From the NCBI GenBank assembly GCA_002633005.1, contig NMRA01000137.1:372001-436000 (forward strand): a DNA stretch of 64,000 bases, read 5' to 3'. The stretch comes from Phoronis australis (Eukaryota > Animalia > Phoronida). The translations under genes were made by a program, and so were the position numbers. Position 1 is the first letter of the stretch; each line of letters begins with the position of its first letter. Below, piece after piece: positions 27,620 to 37,723 of the stretch. The notes under the pieces are model-generated. The model saw only the letters and a program-made list of their open reading frames with translations. It made no database searches and was not told the DNA's origin.

Positions 27620-29303
27620 CGGGCCCGTGGCCAGGGGGTTCGGGTGGTTCGATCGAACTTCATACGAGCAACAAAATTAATGGAAAAGATTTCCTAGGTT
27701 ACATTCCAAAGGCTCACGACTCCGAAGGTCCATTGCTCCGAAGGTCTGCTGCTCCGAAAATTCACTACTTCGAATTTCCAGAATTCCGAATGCAAGACCT
27801 TTCCAAACACGGTAACTCTATTCAAGAGGCTATTAAAATACCAGCCTTTACATGCTTGCACCTCACTGTAATATATTACTATACTACATTATACACCGTA
27901 ACACTCTTCAGCGTGTCCTATATGCGTGTTCCAGTGCGCCCTAGGATCAAGTCAATGTCTATACTCTTACTGCCATGATTTTCCCTTATATTCAGCTTCG
28001 AGACTAGCGTCAATCTGTATTTCGCGCCGCGTTTACAAAATGGCAGCCTCAAATGAAAGTACCGCCCGCCATCTCGGAACTCTCAGGTCTCACGACTTCA
28101 CACTTGTTCTGGTTGCTCAAAGAAAAGGCCTTATGGGCTTGTTGAAGACTGTTACGGTGTATAACGTTTTGTTGTAATGTATTACAATGACTTACAAGCA
28201 TGTAACGCTTGCATGATAATAGACTCTTGAATGGAGTTACGGTATTGGGAACGGGTGGCAGGACCCCAATAGTTCATTGCTCTGATTGTCTACTCATCAC
28301 TCATTCTCAAGAAGGTACAACATCTGGGACACGGGTCAGGGCTGCTGCGACCAACGGCGCTTTTAAATTTAAGATAAATGAATGTGACTGTGATTTCCTG
28401 ACTTCGTGAAGACTGGTAGAGACAGGGTGGCCATTTTGTTTCGACCCGGCCTTGGCCGTGGTTCCTTGGGTGAGGTTGAGGCGCAGCGGCCTAAACTTTT
28501 CAGTCTCGCTGTGATGCGATCGTGACATGGGTTTGACGAATGTATCGTGGTCGACAATTCATTGATATTTCTAATCCATATTCTTTTAAAAGTGCAAGTA
28601 CGTACAGTAAGTACTCATTTTTCCATATCAACACATGCGGGATATTTTGCATGCGCATGAAATCCAAGCAAAGTGTTTTAGTATCCGGGCGCTGTTTTCG
28701 GTAAGTAATCCACTCAGTGCATATAATAACCGAAGTATCGTTTATTTTTGCACGTAAAAGTATAAAAATTAAACCTCAGTCTAAATATTTACGGAGTAGT
28801 GAACCTTCGGAATAGTGAGCCTTCGGAGTATTGAACCGTAAAAATAGTGGGCTGTTCCCTTTTCCAGCGATGTAAGCATCTTAAGTAACATGCAAAAATA
28901 CCACCAGATAATTATTTCATCAAGTCATTCGCCGACTAAACTTCATATTTCCGTCCGAGAATGTAATGAGGTGTAATCATTCATTTAAGCATGCCTGGTC
29001 TGAAATTTTGGCAGGATGTAATGCGTGAACGTTCTCTTTCTGGACCACATGGCGTCGGAAGTTGAGTAGTTCTTTGTGAGCAACCGTCACAGCATCCTCA
29101 TTTCATTTTTTACGAATTCCATCTTTTCTAAGGAACATAGAGCAGAGAGTCAGCGATGTGTATACAGATTTCTCTTCCCCGTGATTAAGCTTCGTCAAGG
29201 GTCTTACCGAAAACTCTACAATGTCGACGTTTGCAAAATATCAAAGGTCCACCGTTCTAGAAATTCGAACTATCCACCTCTCTCAATGCTGGCTACGGGC
29301 TTG
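27620..29303. mobile_element. Composite non-autonomous DNA transposon (hAT5-like ends) carrying an internal MITE remnant with 16-bp subterminal repeats
   Basis: TIR cgggcccgtggcca / tggctacgggcttg; flanks cagcc / cagca. Internal 16-bp ctccgaaggt-type tandem units at ~27704-27775 are mirrored at ~28792-28850. The right part is homologous to 7230-7808. Confidence 0.7.
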
Positions 29304-29703
29304 CAGCAGATTCCCAATAATAGGCTTCCAATCAAATTTGACTGAAATTGAGGCTGCGACCTCATCATCTACTTCGTTCCTAAAATTATCCGGTGTTGTG
29401 GTGTTAATGAAAGCCAACTTAAAATCTGAGAGTGTGTGAGGAAAAGAGGTGACGAGCCCACGCACATTGGAGGATTAGCTTAGATCTAAAATGAGGCAAA
29501 CGCTGGATTAGAGTGTGCTGCCATTTTCAGAAATCTATAAGTCACTCGGCCAGAGAGCCGATATGATTTGCGTTCCTCTTCCGTCTTCAAATAGTAGCTT
29601 GGCAAACGCGTTTACTTCTGACTGTTTGTTTTTATTCATAATATTTCCCGACTCTGGTTAATTAATTCGATTGAATCCTTCGACGAGTCTCGAACACTTC
29701 CAA

Positions 29704-30117
29704 CAGCCTCGTTCCCGAGCCTCAAGATGGCGCTGATCGGTTTAGTCATTTGAGGCTTGGTTGTGGGAATTAACCTCTGCGCAAGGATTGGCCGCTGCCC
29801 TGATGTTATTAAATAAAAGGCAGATTTTAATTATTTTCACAGCCGTTGTTGATGCCACTCATAAAGCAGAAAGCATTGTTTTCGTTATCGTTCTTTTTAT
29901 ACGTCATTTCTGCAATAATTTATACCTAAATTGCTGCAATATATCGTAAGTTTTCATTTTTATGTTATAGTGCAGAAAATTTCAAAGTTATATTTCTCAT
30001 GATATTCCGGCCATTTCTGTAAAGATGTTTCAGAATTCTGTCACATTTCATTTCCCATAACCAAGCCTCAAATGGCTAACCCGATCACCGTCATCTTGAG
30101 GCTTGGGGACGAGGCTG
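29704..30117. mobile_element. MITE with ~65-bp TIRs (possibly Academ-type non-autonomous)
   Basis: cagcctcgttcccgagcctcaagatggcgctgatcgg...ttggttgtggga versus tcccataaccaa...ccgatcaccgtcatcttgaggcttggggacgaggctg; AT-rich spacer; flanks caa / cag. Confidence 0.8.
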
Positions 30118-33100
30118 CAGTTTCAAATGATTTAGATCTGTCTGCAGCATTGTTATAATGAATTCGCTTTCCTAAATCGCCAAACCCGCCTTGAAAGCAC
30201 GACAACTTGCAAATTACAAACTCCTACTTGTGTTTCTTGGAGGTAACTGTTACCGGAGTAGTGCCGTTGAACATGCTGCCAGATCTCTAAGTTACGTGAT
30301 ACGGGCAAAGTGGGCTTGCCAGTAAGACAATACGTGTATCAGAAGATTGCGTGGCTCAACATCCGCGGGAATTGATAGTCACAGACCTCGCAGATTTTAT
30401 GAAAATAGAAGCAAACGAAAAACAATTTCTGCAAGAAAATCGAGGTATATCTGGTGACTGCTGAAGTTTTGTCAGGGATAAAATTCGTGTAATTCTGCAC
30501 AACTTCGCGTATTTTATTCATGCTTCGTTGGTGGCGATTGTGTCGCTTGAATATGGGTGTTTACAAGTGCTTTTAAGAAGGCTAAATAATAGATTAAAAC
30601 TTTCTTAAGATTAACTCGTACCAAATGCAGGGTGAAGTTTCCCCTCGACGACAGTTTCCGTCTGCACAATCTCGACGTTGATTGCTTTTCTTTAATTTCC
30701 TCATTGTATTTTAATCAATTAAACAAGATTTATTGTCTCGTTAACTTACGATAACAAAGATTGACCATTGTTGTTGATCCACCTGAACGGAAATTTAAAT
30801 CATGTCCCATTGAATGTACCACATAGTTAGACAGCTTAACAAGATTTAACATTCACTCTAATGGTTTTTGTCTCCAGAGTTCAGCTAACTGCCGTTGCAT
30901 AATTTATGTTCAAGTTGCTGAATTTCAACGACATTTATTCAAAACTAATGGATGTAACCGGGCATGCACGAATCACTACCCTATTTCGCGAACAGGCAAA
31001 CTCAGGTAAGTGACGTGCTGGCGGTTGCAGTGGCTATTTCACCAAGCCCATAACTGCAAAGAGAGGCTTGTTTCTCTTCCACAGTTGTCTCACCAGGCCA
31101 GGTTCGCGACATCTTGGCAACAATTAGTCGTATTAAATCGTATTTCAAAATTTGAAAATTTCAGAGCTCAGAAAGCTGACGCTGCGTGATCTGTTTTGAA
31201 ACAAAAACATGAGAACCAATGATTTCGATCAGTTGCACAGAGTACATGTGTCGTCTGTATTAATTTATGCACACAAATTGTCATTGCATGTTTGAACATT
31301 ATCGCAGTCATTTTATTGCTGCTGGATCTTTATACATTGATTGCCCTTTGATCTGATACGTGCGACGTTGCTATTCTGACATCTACGCCTCTTCGTCTAC
31401 GTTTTGTCAGTTGTCACAATGGCATTTCCAAGATGGCCGCTGCGGATGTTCTAAAATCACTAAAACAGCTAGAACTGCTTCAATAATCCTGATAATTTGA
31501 CAAGAATTCAAGGTGCTGGTAAAAATAAAGGATTGAATATCCAGTATGTTCCAATGACCCTTGAATGTTATAGATAGGTCACTGTTCTGCATCTCATCTA
31601 TAATGTATTGAGCCAAGCGAAAGCTGTGTCTAATGACATACAAATATTGGTTGAAACTCAATCCCTGAAAATAATTTTCCCACCAGGTGTCAGGAGCTCT
31701 CTCCAATACTGCTGAATTGTGACATTTTTGTAAATTCTGTATTAATAACTTTTGTTGTCTAAAGGTAACGGGGTTTTCTGTAATATGTACATTTGTGGCA
31801 AATTTCCGCTTCTATACTTTTGAAAATGTCCTAGCTTCATTTTATGTGAAAGTTTATATTAGAATGTCGATTACATGCTCGCATGTGAGTTATCATTGTC
31901 TTCAAGATACCGTAAGACTTGATTTATCGGGTTGATACACACGTCACAGGTGTACATGTAGGCCCACGTTTCCTGTACCTGCTCGCAGGCGTGCCGGTGA
32001 AACTGACACAGAATAGTGTCGCGTGCAGCGTTCATGGCAGTTACGATGGGATCTGCAAGGAGCTATCTGCGTAACAAGCGATGGAACGTGCCATAGTCTT
32101 GGCTTTCTCGTTCCTTTTGACCCGTTTATTCTCTCACATAGTTTGTTCCCAGACAAGTTTATGTCTTCGCTCGATCACCATGAGATGCCACGTACGATAG
32201 TTCTTAATGCAGACTTTGATGACAAGGGGGAAATGCAATCAAATTTGTGTGTTTTTAACGTAGCTGAATTATTTTTCATGTCTGAGATTACGGGACCTGG
32301 CATTGTTCCTCGTGAGTCAAGCTGCTGATACAAGGATTCCCACTTATGAGAATTGAAAATGAATTTTTGCTTATGTCATTTTAATAAGAATATGTCAATA
32401 ATAAGCTGTTTTATGAGATCACTCAAGGGCCTCCGTTTTTGGCCACCTTTGGAGGGGTTGGCCTACATTATTATAAAGGACATAACATGATGGTCGTTAT
32501 TTTGAAAACAATCTTTTCTGAGGGAAACAATCCTCCGGTAGGTGTCGCCTCGTCCCTAGCAGAATAAACATTGCCTATCCCAGCACGGGTGATTTGTCGT
32601 CAACTCTGACCCTCTCGGGTATGTAAGCCATCGAAGTCAGCGTCTGGTCCACGTTCATCTAAAAGTTCATGTTTATTTGCACACCACGTCAACATTAATT
32701 TGCTAAGGCATAACAAACTCGGACTGCACCATGAAATATTCATTGTGTTCTCTTCTCGTTAAGCTTAAATTATGTCTAGTTAAGTCAAGAATAGCATATT
32801 TTTGCAACAGACGAGTCCAGTTTTTTAAAATAAACGTCGCTTTAATTCCTTAATCACAAGCAGATTTCCAGAAGACCCAGAAAAAGCTTACGATAGTGGT
32901 GGACGTAATATCGCACTGAGGCTTCACCCACGGAGTCTCGACAAGGCCATTAGATGGCGTTGTGCAACCAGCTCATTTGGGCCCTACCCGTTCATTGGGT
33001 CTCGAATTGCAATTAATTTATTCCGTGTACATCGCTATCGATACGTCCTCTGGCTATAGCGTGTTGTTACATCATATTTTTAGAGTGTACGCATTCAGAT

Positions 33101-33554
33101 TTTGATGGAAAAGGGTTTTGTGTGAAAATTGAGTTAAAATTTAAGTGACCTTGTGACAGCTTGACAAATGATTTTTCTTATTGGACATTTGTTTTTGCTT
33201 TTAAGCGTGTTGACGTGTTGAAAGGAAGAAGACGAGTGCACATGTCAGTGTCGATGTATAGACTTCAATAAATGTGAACAGATCCTGTTTTCGCAAACAC
33301 GCTTTGTAGTGGAAATAGTAAGCCATAACGTAATAGCAATTTCCGTGTGTACTTTTGATGGACATCCCTACTAAAAACTAATACGAAATTGTTGGTGATT
33401 TGCAGCGTAGAAACAAATGGTGTCATTGCATGACGGACTTAAATCAATCAAGTACCTTGGGTGGTGCAAGAAGCTGTGGCTGACAGTGGACACGTCAGTT
33501 TGCTTTAAATAGACACTATGGGCGACCGACAATCGACTGTGTATTTGAGACCAG

Positions 33555-33606
33555 CACCCAGGCAGCTTCGAAATCGCGACCTTAGGGCTCGTAGTCCAAC
33601 GTTTTC
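33555..33606 (-). repeat. Highly degenerate tRNA-derived fragment
   Basis: Minus strand reads aacgttggactacgagccctaaggtcgcgatttcgaagctgcctgggtgc, resembling the anticodon arm to T arm of a SINE head. Confidence 0.35.
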
Positions 33607-35075
33607 AGGTGTTAATAGAGGTCACTGGAGACCAATTTCGGCAAACGACGAGTTCAAGTAAAGTAAAAACGTAACGGACTTTGTTGTTTCATAGCTGTGT
33701 GCAAAGTTATATGAACAAGAAGTATCCCTTGTACAAAGATACCGGAATGAATCTGTCGCACGTCCTAAAACCGATTGTGAGCAGCAGAACCATCGGCTCT
33801 GCTTACATTTAAAAATGTTGTTTGTAAATGAGACTTACTTGTCACCATTCAAATACTTTTGCCAAACTATGTGACAGTGTTTGAGCTAAAATACCGCAAA
33901 AACTAATCGGTGGCCTCATAATTGTTCTGTTATTTCATAGCGAAAACTATGGTCATTAAACTAAAACATGAGAATTCGGTAATCCGGCAAATATAATTAA
34001 AGCCGTTACAACATAAAACTGACATCGTGTAACAGAATTAGTCCGTTTTCTACAGGTTCTCAATCATTGATTTGATTAGATCATTTGACATTTTGATAGC
34101 TTCTCATGAAAAAATGGAACAATGCAAAAACATTTCCAAATAACGGTTTGGAGAAGCGCGCATATTGCGTAGTATCTATCTGAGATGTGAAGTTGGTCAA
34201 ACTTGACTGACATCTTTCTAGGGTCTTACAGAAACTTAATTCTAAATTTAAAGTTATATTGAACGCTAGTCAGTTAACTCAACTGTTAATTTTGGACATC
34301 CCGTTTCACAGAATGGCTGTGCCTCTAATGGTTTCAGGTAATTGGGGATGTTCTGAGCAAGTGAACAGTTCTTGTTGTATGCGGTTGTACTGCGGTTGGA
34401 ATGGAAGGCATGGGTATATTCAATTAATAAACTTTAAACTTAGCCTCTTTTGACCAATATTTATAAATTTAGTATTATTGCATCTCACATTCATGAATAC
34501 AAGTTCTCAAACAAAAGGTAAACCCACCATAAAAACTCAGCTTGTTTCGCAGGAATGTCTGTGTGTCGATACATCACGTGCAAAGCGATTACAACTAGCT
34601 ATTACACGAGTGACGTTTTGTTTGCAACCTGACCAAAGAATTGTGTAAGAAAAGAAAATGTATTAGTTCTCAACAACGTTGATTCACATGTAATTGATAT
34701 TACTCTCACTTCTCATGTTTGAAATGCCTACCTATCTACCGACCCAGCTCAAAGATCAGGCTTATTAGAGTGATCGCCTAACCGATTTTCATTCTAAGTT
34801 AACTAGCGTCAGAGACATGAGCATAACGGCTTTGATATTTTATAACTGTTACGAGATTGGCTTTTCGCCCTCGTACGTCACAACGTTTTAATGAAAGGTC
34901 ACAATACCACAATTACTCACGTTTTTGTATGTATTATTGGCTCTTTCGACGAAAATAGTAAGTTTTGATTTAGAAGCTTACAGTAGCAACACGTAACTAG
35001 CTTATATTAGACTCGTTTTCTGGAAATGGTATAAACATAGATATGAATTTATAGGCTGTTTGTTACTGCTTTTAA

Positions 35076-35483
35076 AGGTCATCTTTCCTTTGCATTCACT
35101 ACATTGAATGAGTTTCGTCAATCGAGAGATATCTTTAAAATGTTTAATTTTCTTAATTTTCAGTCCTGTTTGTGTGTGTGCCTATTATTTCTTTTTAAAT
35201 AACGGGCGGGGTTACCGCAGATACCTCATTATACGCGGCGGCAGTTCAGTGAGTACCCATAATGCACGAGTCAGCTGTCACTCATTACGGCGGCCATTTT
35301 AGGTGGCGGTGCACCACCAAAACCAAAAATCAAACTGAACAGTTCATATTAAATTCAGTTAAGTTTGAAAATGCTTGTAGTTGTAAGGAATGAACATTGT
35401 TTAATGGCCGTTTGGACTGAACTAATGGGTGTTAAAATCCGTTTTTTGAAGTTTTTAACTACACTGAAGCAAAAAGAGTATTG
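35076..35483. mobile_element. Degraded TTAA-flanked MITE (Kolobok-like)
   Basis: TTAA at 35072-35075 and 35484-35487; decayed TIR (aggtcatctttcctttgcattca / tgaagcaaaaagagtattg); second partial copy at 16795-17003. Confidence 0.55.
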
Positions 35484-35782
35484 TTAAAGACACATGGAAC
35501 GCGAAATCTCGTCAAAAATATTTTTCTTACAAAAGTACCATCTCGCAACGTCTAGTACAGAGTAATTCACTTTCCCCTGTGAGGAAATTTCCAGAGGAAA
35601 AAATCACAAAAATCACGAGTTTTGAAATACGCGAAGGAAAACTCTGTGGCTACCACAGAGTTTCTGATCTCCCTCCCACTTAAGATAAATGCGCGCATGC
35701 GCTCACACACAGTCAGTTTCTTGGGGTTTATCGTGTTCTAAGCCACTTTAAGCTGAGCTAGGAAACAGTTAAATGAGTTTAA

Positions 35783-35940
35783 AGGCGAAGGCAACCTTTT
35801 TCCATGTCATTTTGAGCTAAAATAAGGTTGGTTGGTTATCCTAGACATATTTTTCACTTAATTACAGCTTTTCGTAATTTTATTAATTACTCGTCCGCTT
35901 TTCCGGAAGTGACGTTTTAGGAGGCAAGCGCTTCCCGCCA
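35783..35940 (+). repeat. Left terminal inverted repeat (158 bp)
   Basis: Reverse complement of 37566-37723 with 3 mismatches. Confidence 0.95.
35903..35915 (+). promoter_or_regulatory. ETS/CRE-half composite motif CCGGAAGTGACGT inside the TIR (mirror copy at 37591-37603)
   Basis: Exact motif in both TIRs, pointing inward, ~200 and ~130 bp upstream of the two start codons; function is inferred. Confidence 0.45.
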
Positions 35941-36116
35941 CTTGGTTTTGCGTTGAGCTTACTGTGCGAATCTGTTCTATTCTACTTTTGTTTTGTGCTA
36001 TTTTTCACCAATTGTCGCCACCACTTTCCATCGGCGAGTATTCTGCGGCAAGATAGGTTAGTAGAGAACTCAACTGCGTTGGATTTAGGGATTGTTTAGT
36101 GTGTTGTAAGCTGAAA

Positions 36117-36389
36117 ATGGCTGGAGTCGGTGACCCGTATCACAGTGACAGTAGTGTGAGTGACGGAGACCTTGTTCACAGCAGTGGTGACGAGGAATTT
36201 TTTCACGGACATTCAGTGGGTGGGTACATGTTTGAGCCCGAGTACAACGAGGCAGAGTACACACAGGCACAGGCAGCTGTTGAGAGAAACGAGGCGGCTA
36301 CTGAAGACAGACGTGGTGACACATCTTGGTGCAAATGCACTGTGTGCGTTGTTATGCCTACCTCAATTGAATGCTTGTGCTGTTCCGAG
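36117..36389 (+). pseudogene. 5' fragment of KolX (Kolobok accessory protein; P2X7 C-terminal ballast/nanor-like Cys-rich domain)
   Basis: MAGVGD...YMFEPEY...WCKCTVCVVMPTSIECLCCSE: acidic N-terminus, YxFEP motif and WCxCxxC-x8-CxCCxE zinc cluster. Truncated at the central deletion junction; the ORF continues into antisense transposase sequence to a stop at 36428. Confidence 0.8.
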
Positions 36390-37458
36390 TTCCACATCAA
36401 TTATCTTTTTGGTCTCTTCCTCCATTAGAGTGTATGTGGTATACTTGGCGGACCGCCCTGGTGAGTCAGACAAGTTCTCCTTCTCCATGAATTCCGCCAC
36501 CAACTCGAGATGTTGTGACATGTATGCGTCATTGACAACTGGTATTAAATAGGAATTCTGAATGTTGTTGAATGTTGTTTTCGAAAAAAAACTTGACTTT
36601 TCCAAAGTCCATCATTGTCTTCACCGACTGAAACGTGTTTCCAGTGAAGAGCACACCACTGGACATGGTTAAGTGGACCTCCGGCATACCACGGACAGAG
36701 GAACAACTGTCCCACTTGCCAGAGTGTCCCGTGACACACTCCCACTGGATGGTGACCTGAGCACCCAAACTGCTTACATTGTGTCGTGTGACTCCCTCGC
36801 CACACACCTGGCACCTTCTAAATAGCTCCAACACTTTAGACAAGTCCACAATAAACTTATCAAAGTTTGGCTCACCGATCTGTTCACTGGACGACGAACT
36901 GTCCTCTTCACTGGGTGTCGAACTGGGCCTGTAATCACTCCCACTACTCAATATCGCTGCAGGGCTGCTTAGAGGCTCTGGGCTGGAGAAAACAGCACAG
37001 GGCGAATCACTACTGGTTCCAGGAATTGCACGCTCTGGGGTACGTTCGGAGGCACGGGTGACAGTAGATGAAGTGCCTCCACTGGCTCCAGTCACTGTAC
37101 TGGCCACAGCTCGCGAGGCTTCTCGCTTCAAAAACGCACTTCTCGGGGGTGGCGACGGGGCACTGCCGGGAATCAACACAGACGGAATGGCATCCTTCTT
37201 CAAGCGTTGTTTCGCGGGGACCTTCATCAGTTCAGCGTACAAATCCCTTTCGTAATCGGACGGCAGAAAGTGCTTGCCACACACACGGTAATTCTCCACT
37301 GCTTTGTACGTTGCGTGGACGGGTAACGCTGCGTTCTTCACACGAACGAGCCAAGTACGGCGAAGTGTGTCATCCATCGGAAAGCGATGCAAAGGCACTC
37401 CCAAAGCGCGCGTGAGCCGATAATTACTACATCCCGGTACGCAGCAACAGTGTGGCAT
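36387..37458 (-). pseudogene. Kolobok transposase 5' part: THAP domain, low-complexity linker, CxxC...CxxGH motif, start of catalytic domain; frameshifted and truncated
   Basis: MPHCCCVPGC..LHRFP..RRTW..VCGKHF..LKKDAIPSV is a C2CH THAP domain. Then LFRRCQVC...WECVTGHSGKWDS. A one-base excess in the A8 run at 36584-36591 shifts the frame into FSKTTFNNIQNSYLIPVV...DSPGRSAKYTTYTLMEEETKKIIDVEL. The annotated ORF 36529-37458 (309 aa) is open. Confidence 0.88.
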
Positions 37459-37565
37459 GTTGACTGACTAGTAAATGAAAGCGAACGACGACGGAACTTA
37501 ACACAACCGAGGTAGAACAATGACTGACTCGGCAGCTCTCACAGTCAGACTATGTGAAAATAAAT

Positions 37566-37723
37566 TGGCGGGAAGCGCTTGCCTCCTAAAACGTCACTTC
37601 CGGAAAAGCGGACGAATAATTAATAAAATTACGAAATGCTGTAATTAAGTGAAAAATATGTCTAGGATAACTAACCAACCTTATTTTAGCTCAAAATGAC
37701 ATGGAAAAAGGTTGCCTTCGCCT
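37566..37723 (-). repeat. Right terminal inverted repeat (158 bp)
   Basis: Reverse complement of 35783-35940. Confidence 0.95.

Larger units (their letters stand above)
35783..37723. mobile_element. Kolobok-superfamily DNA transposon, internally deleted (1941 bp)
   Basis: TTAA TSD (35779-35782, 37724-37727), AG...CT termini and 158-bp TIRs with 3 mismatches. Convergent THAP-transposase (-) and Cys-rich KolX (+) fragments, the two-gene arrangement characteristic of Kolobok. Confidence 0.92.

Noticed and set aside
36099-36428. A host P2X7 receptor gene
   Set aside because: No P2X transmembrane or ectodomain sequence; it lies inside TIRs and is best explained as KolX.
36529-37458. Domesticated host THAP gene, P element or piggyBac
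   Set aside because: Intact TIRs and TSD with distal lesions indicate a TE. TTAA with AG...CT ends, THAP and a convergent second ORF fit Kolobok, not P (8-bp TSD) or piggyBac (CC...GG ends, no THAP).
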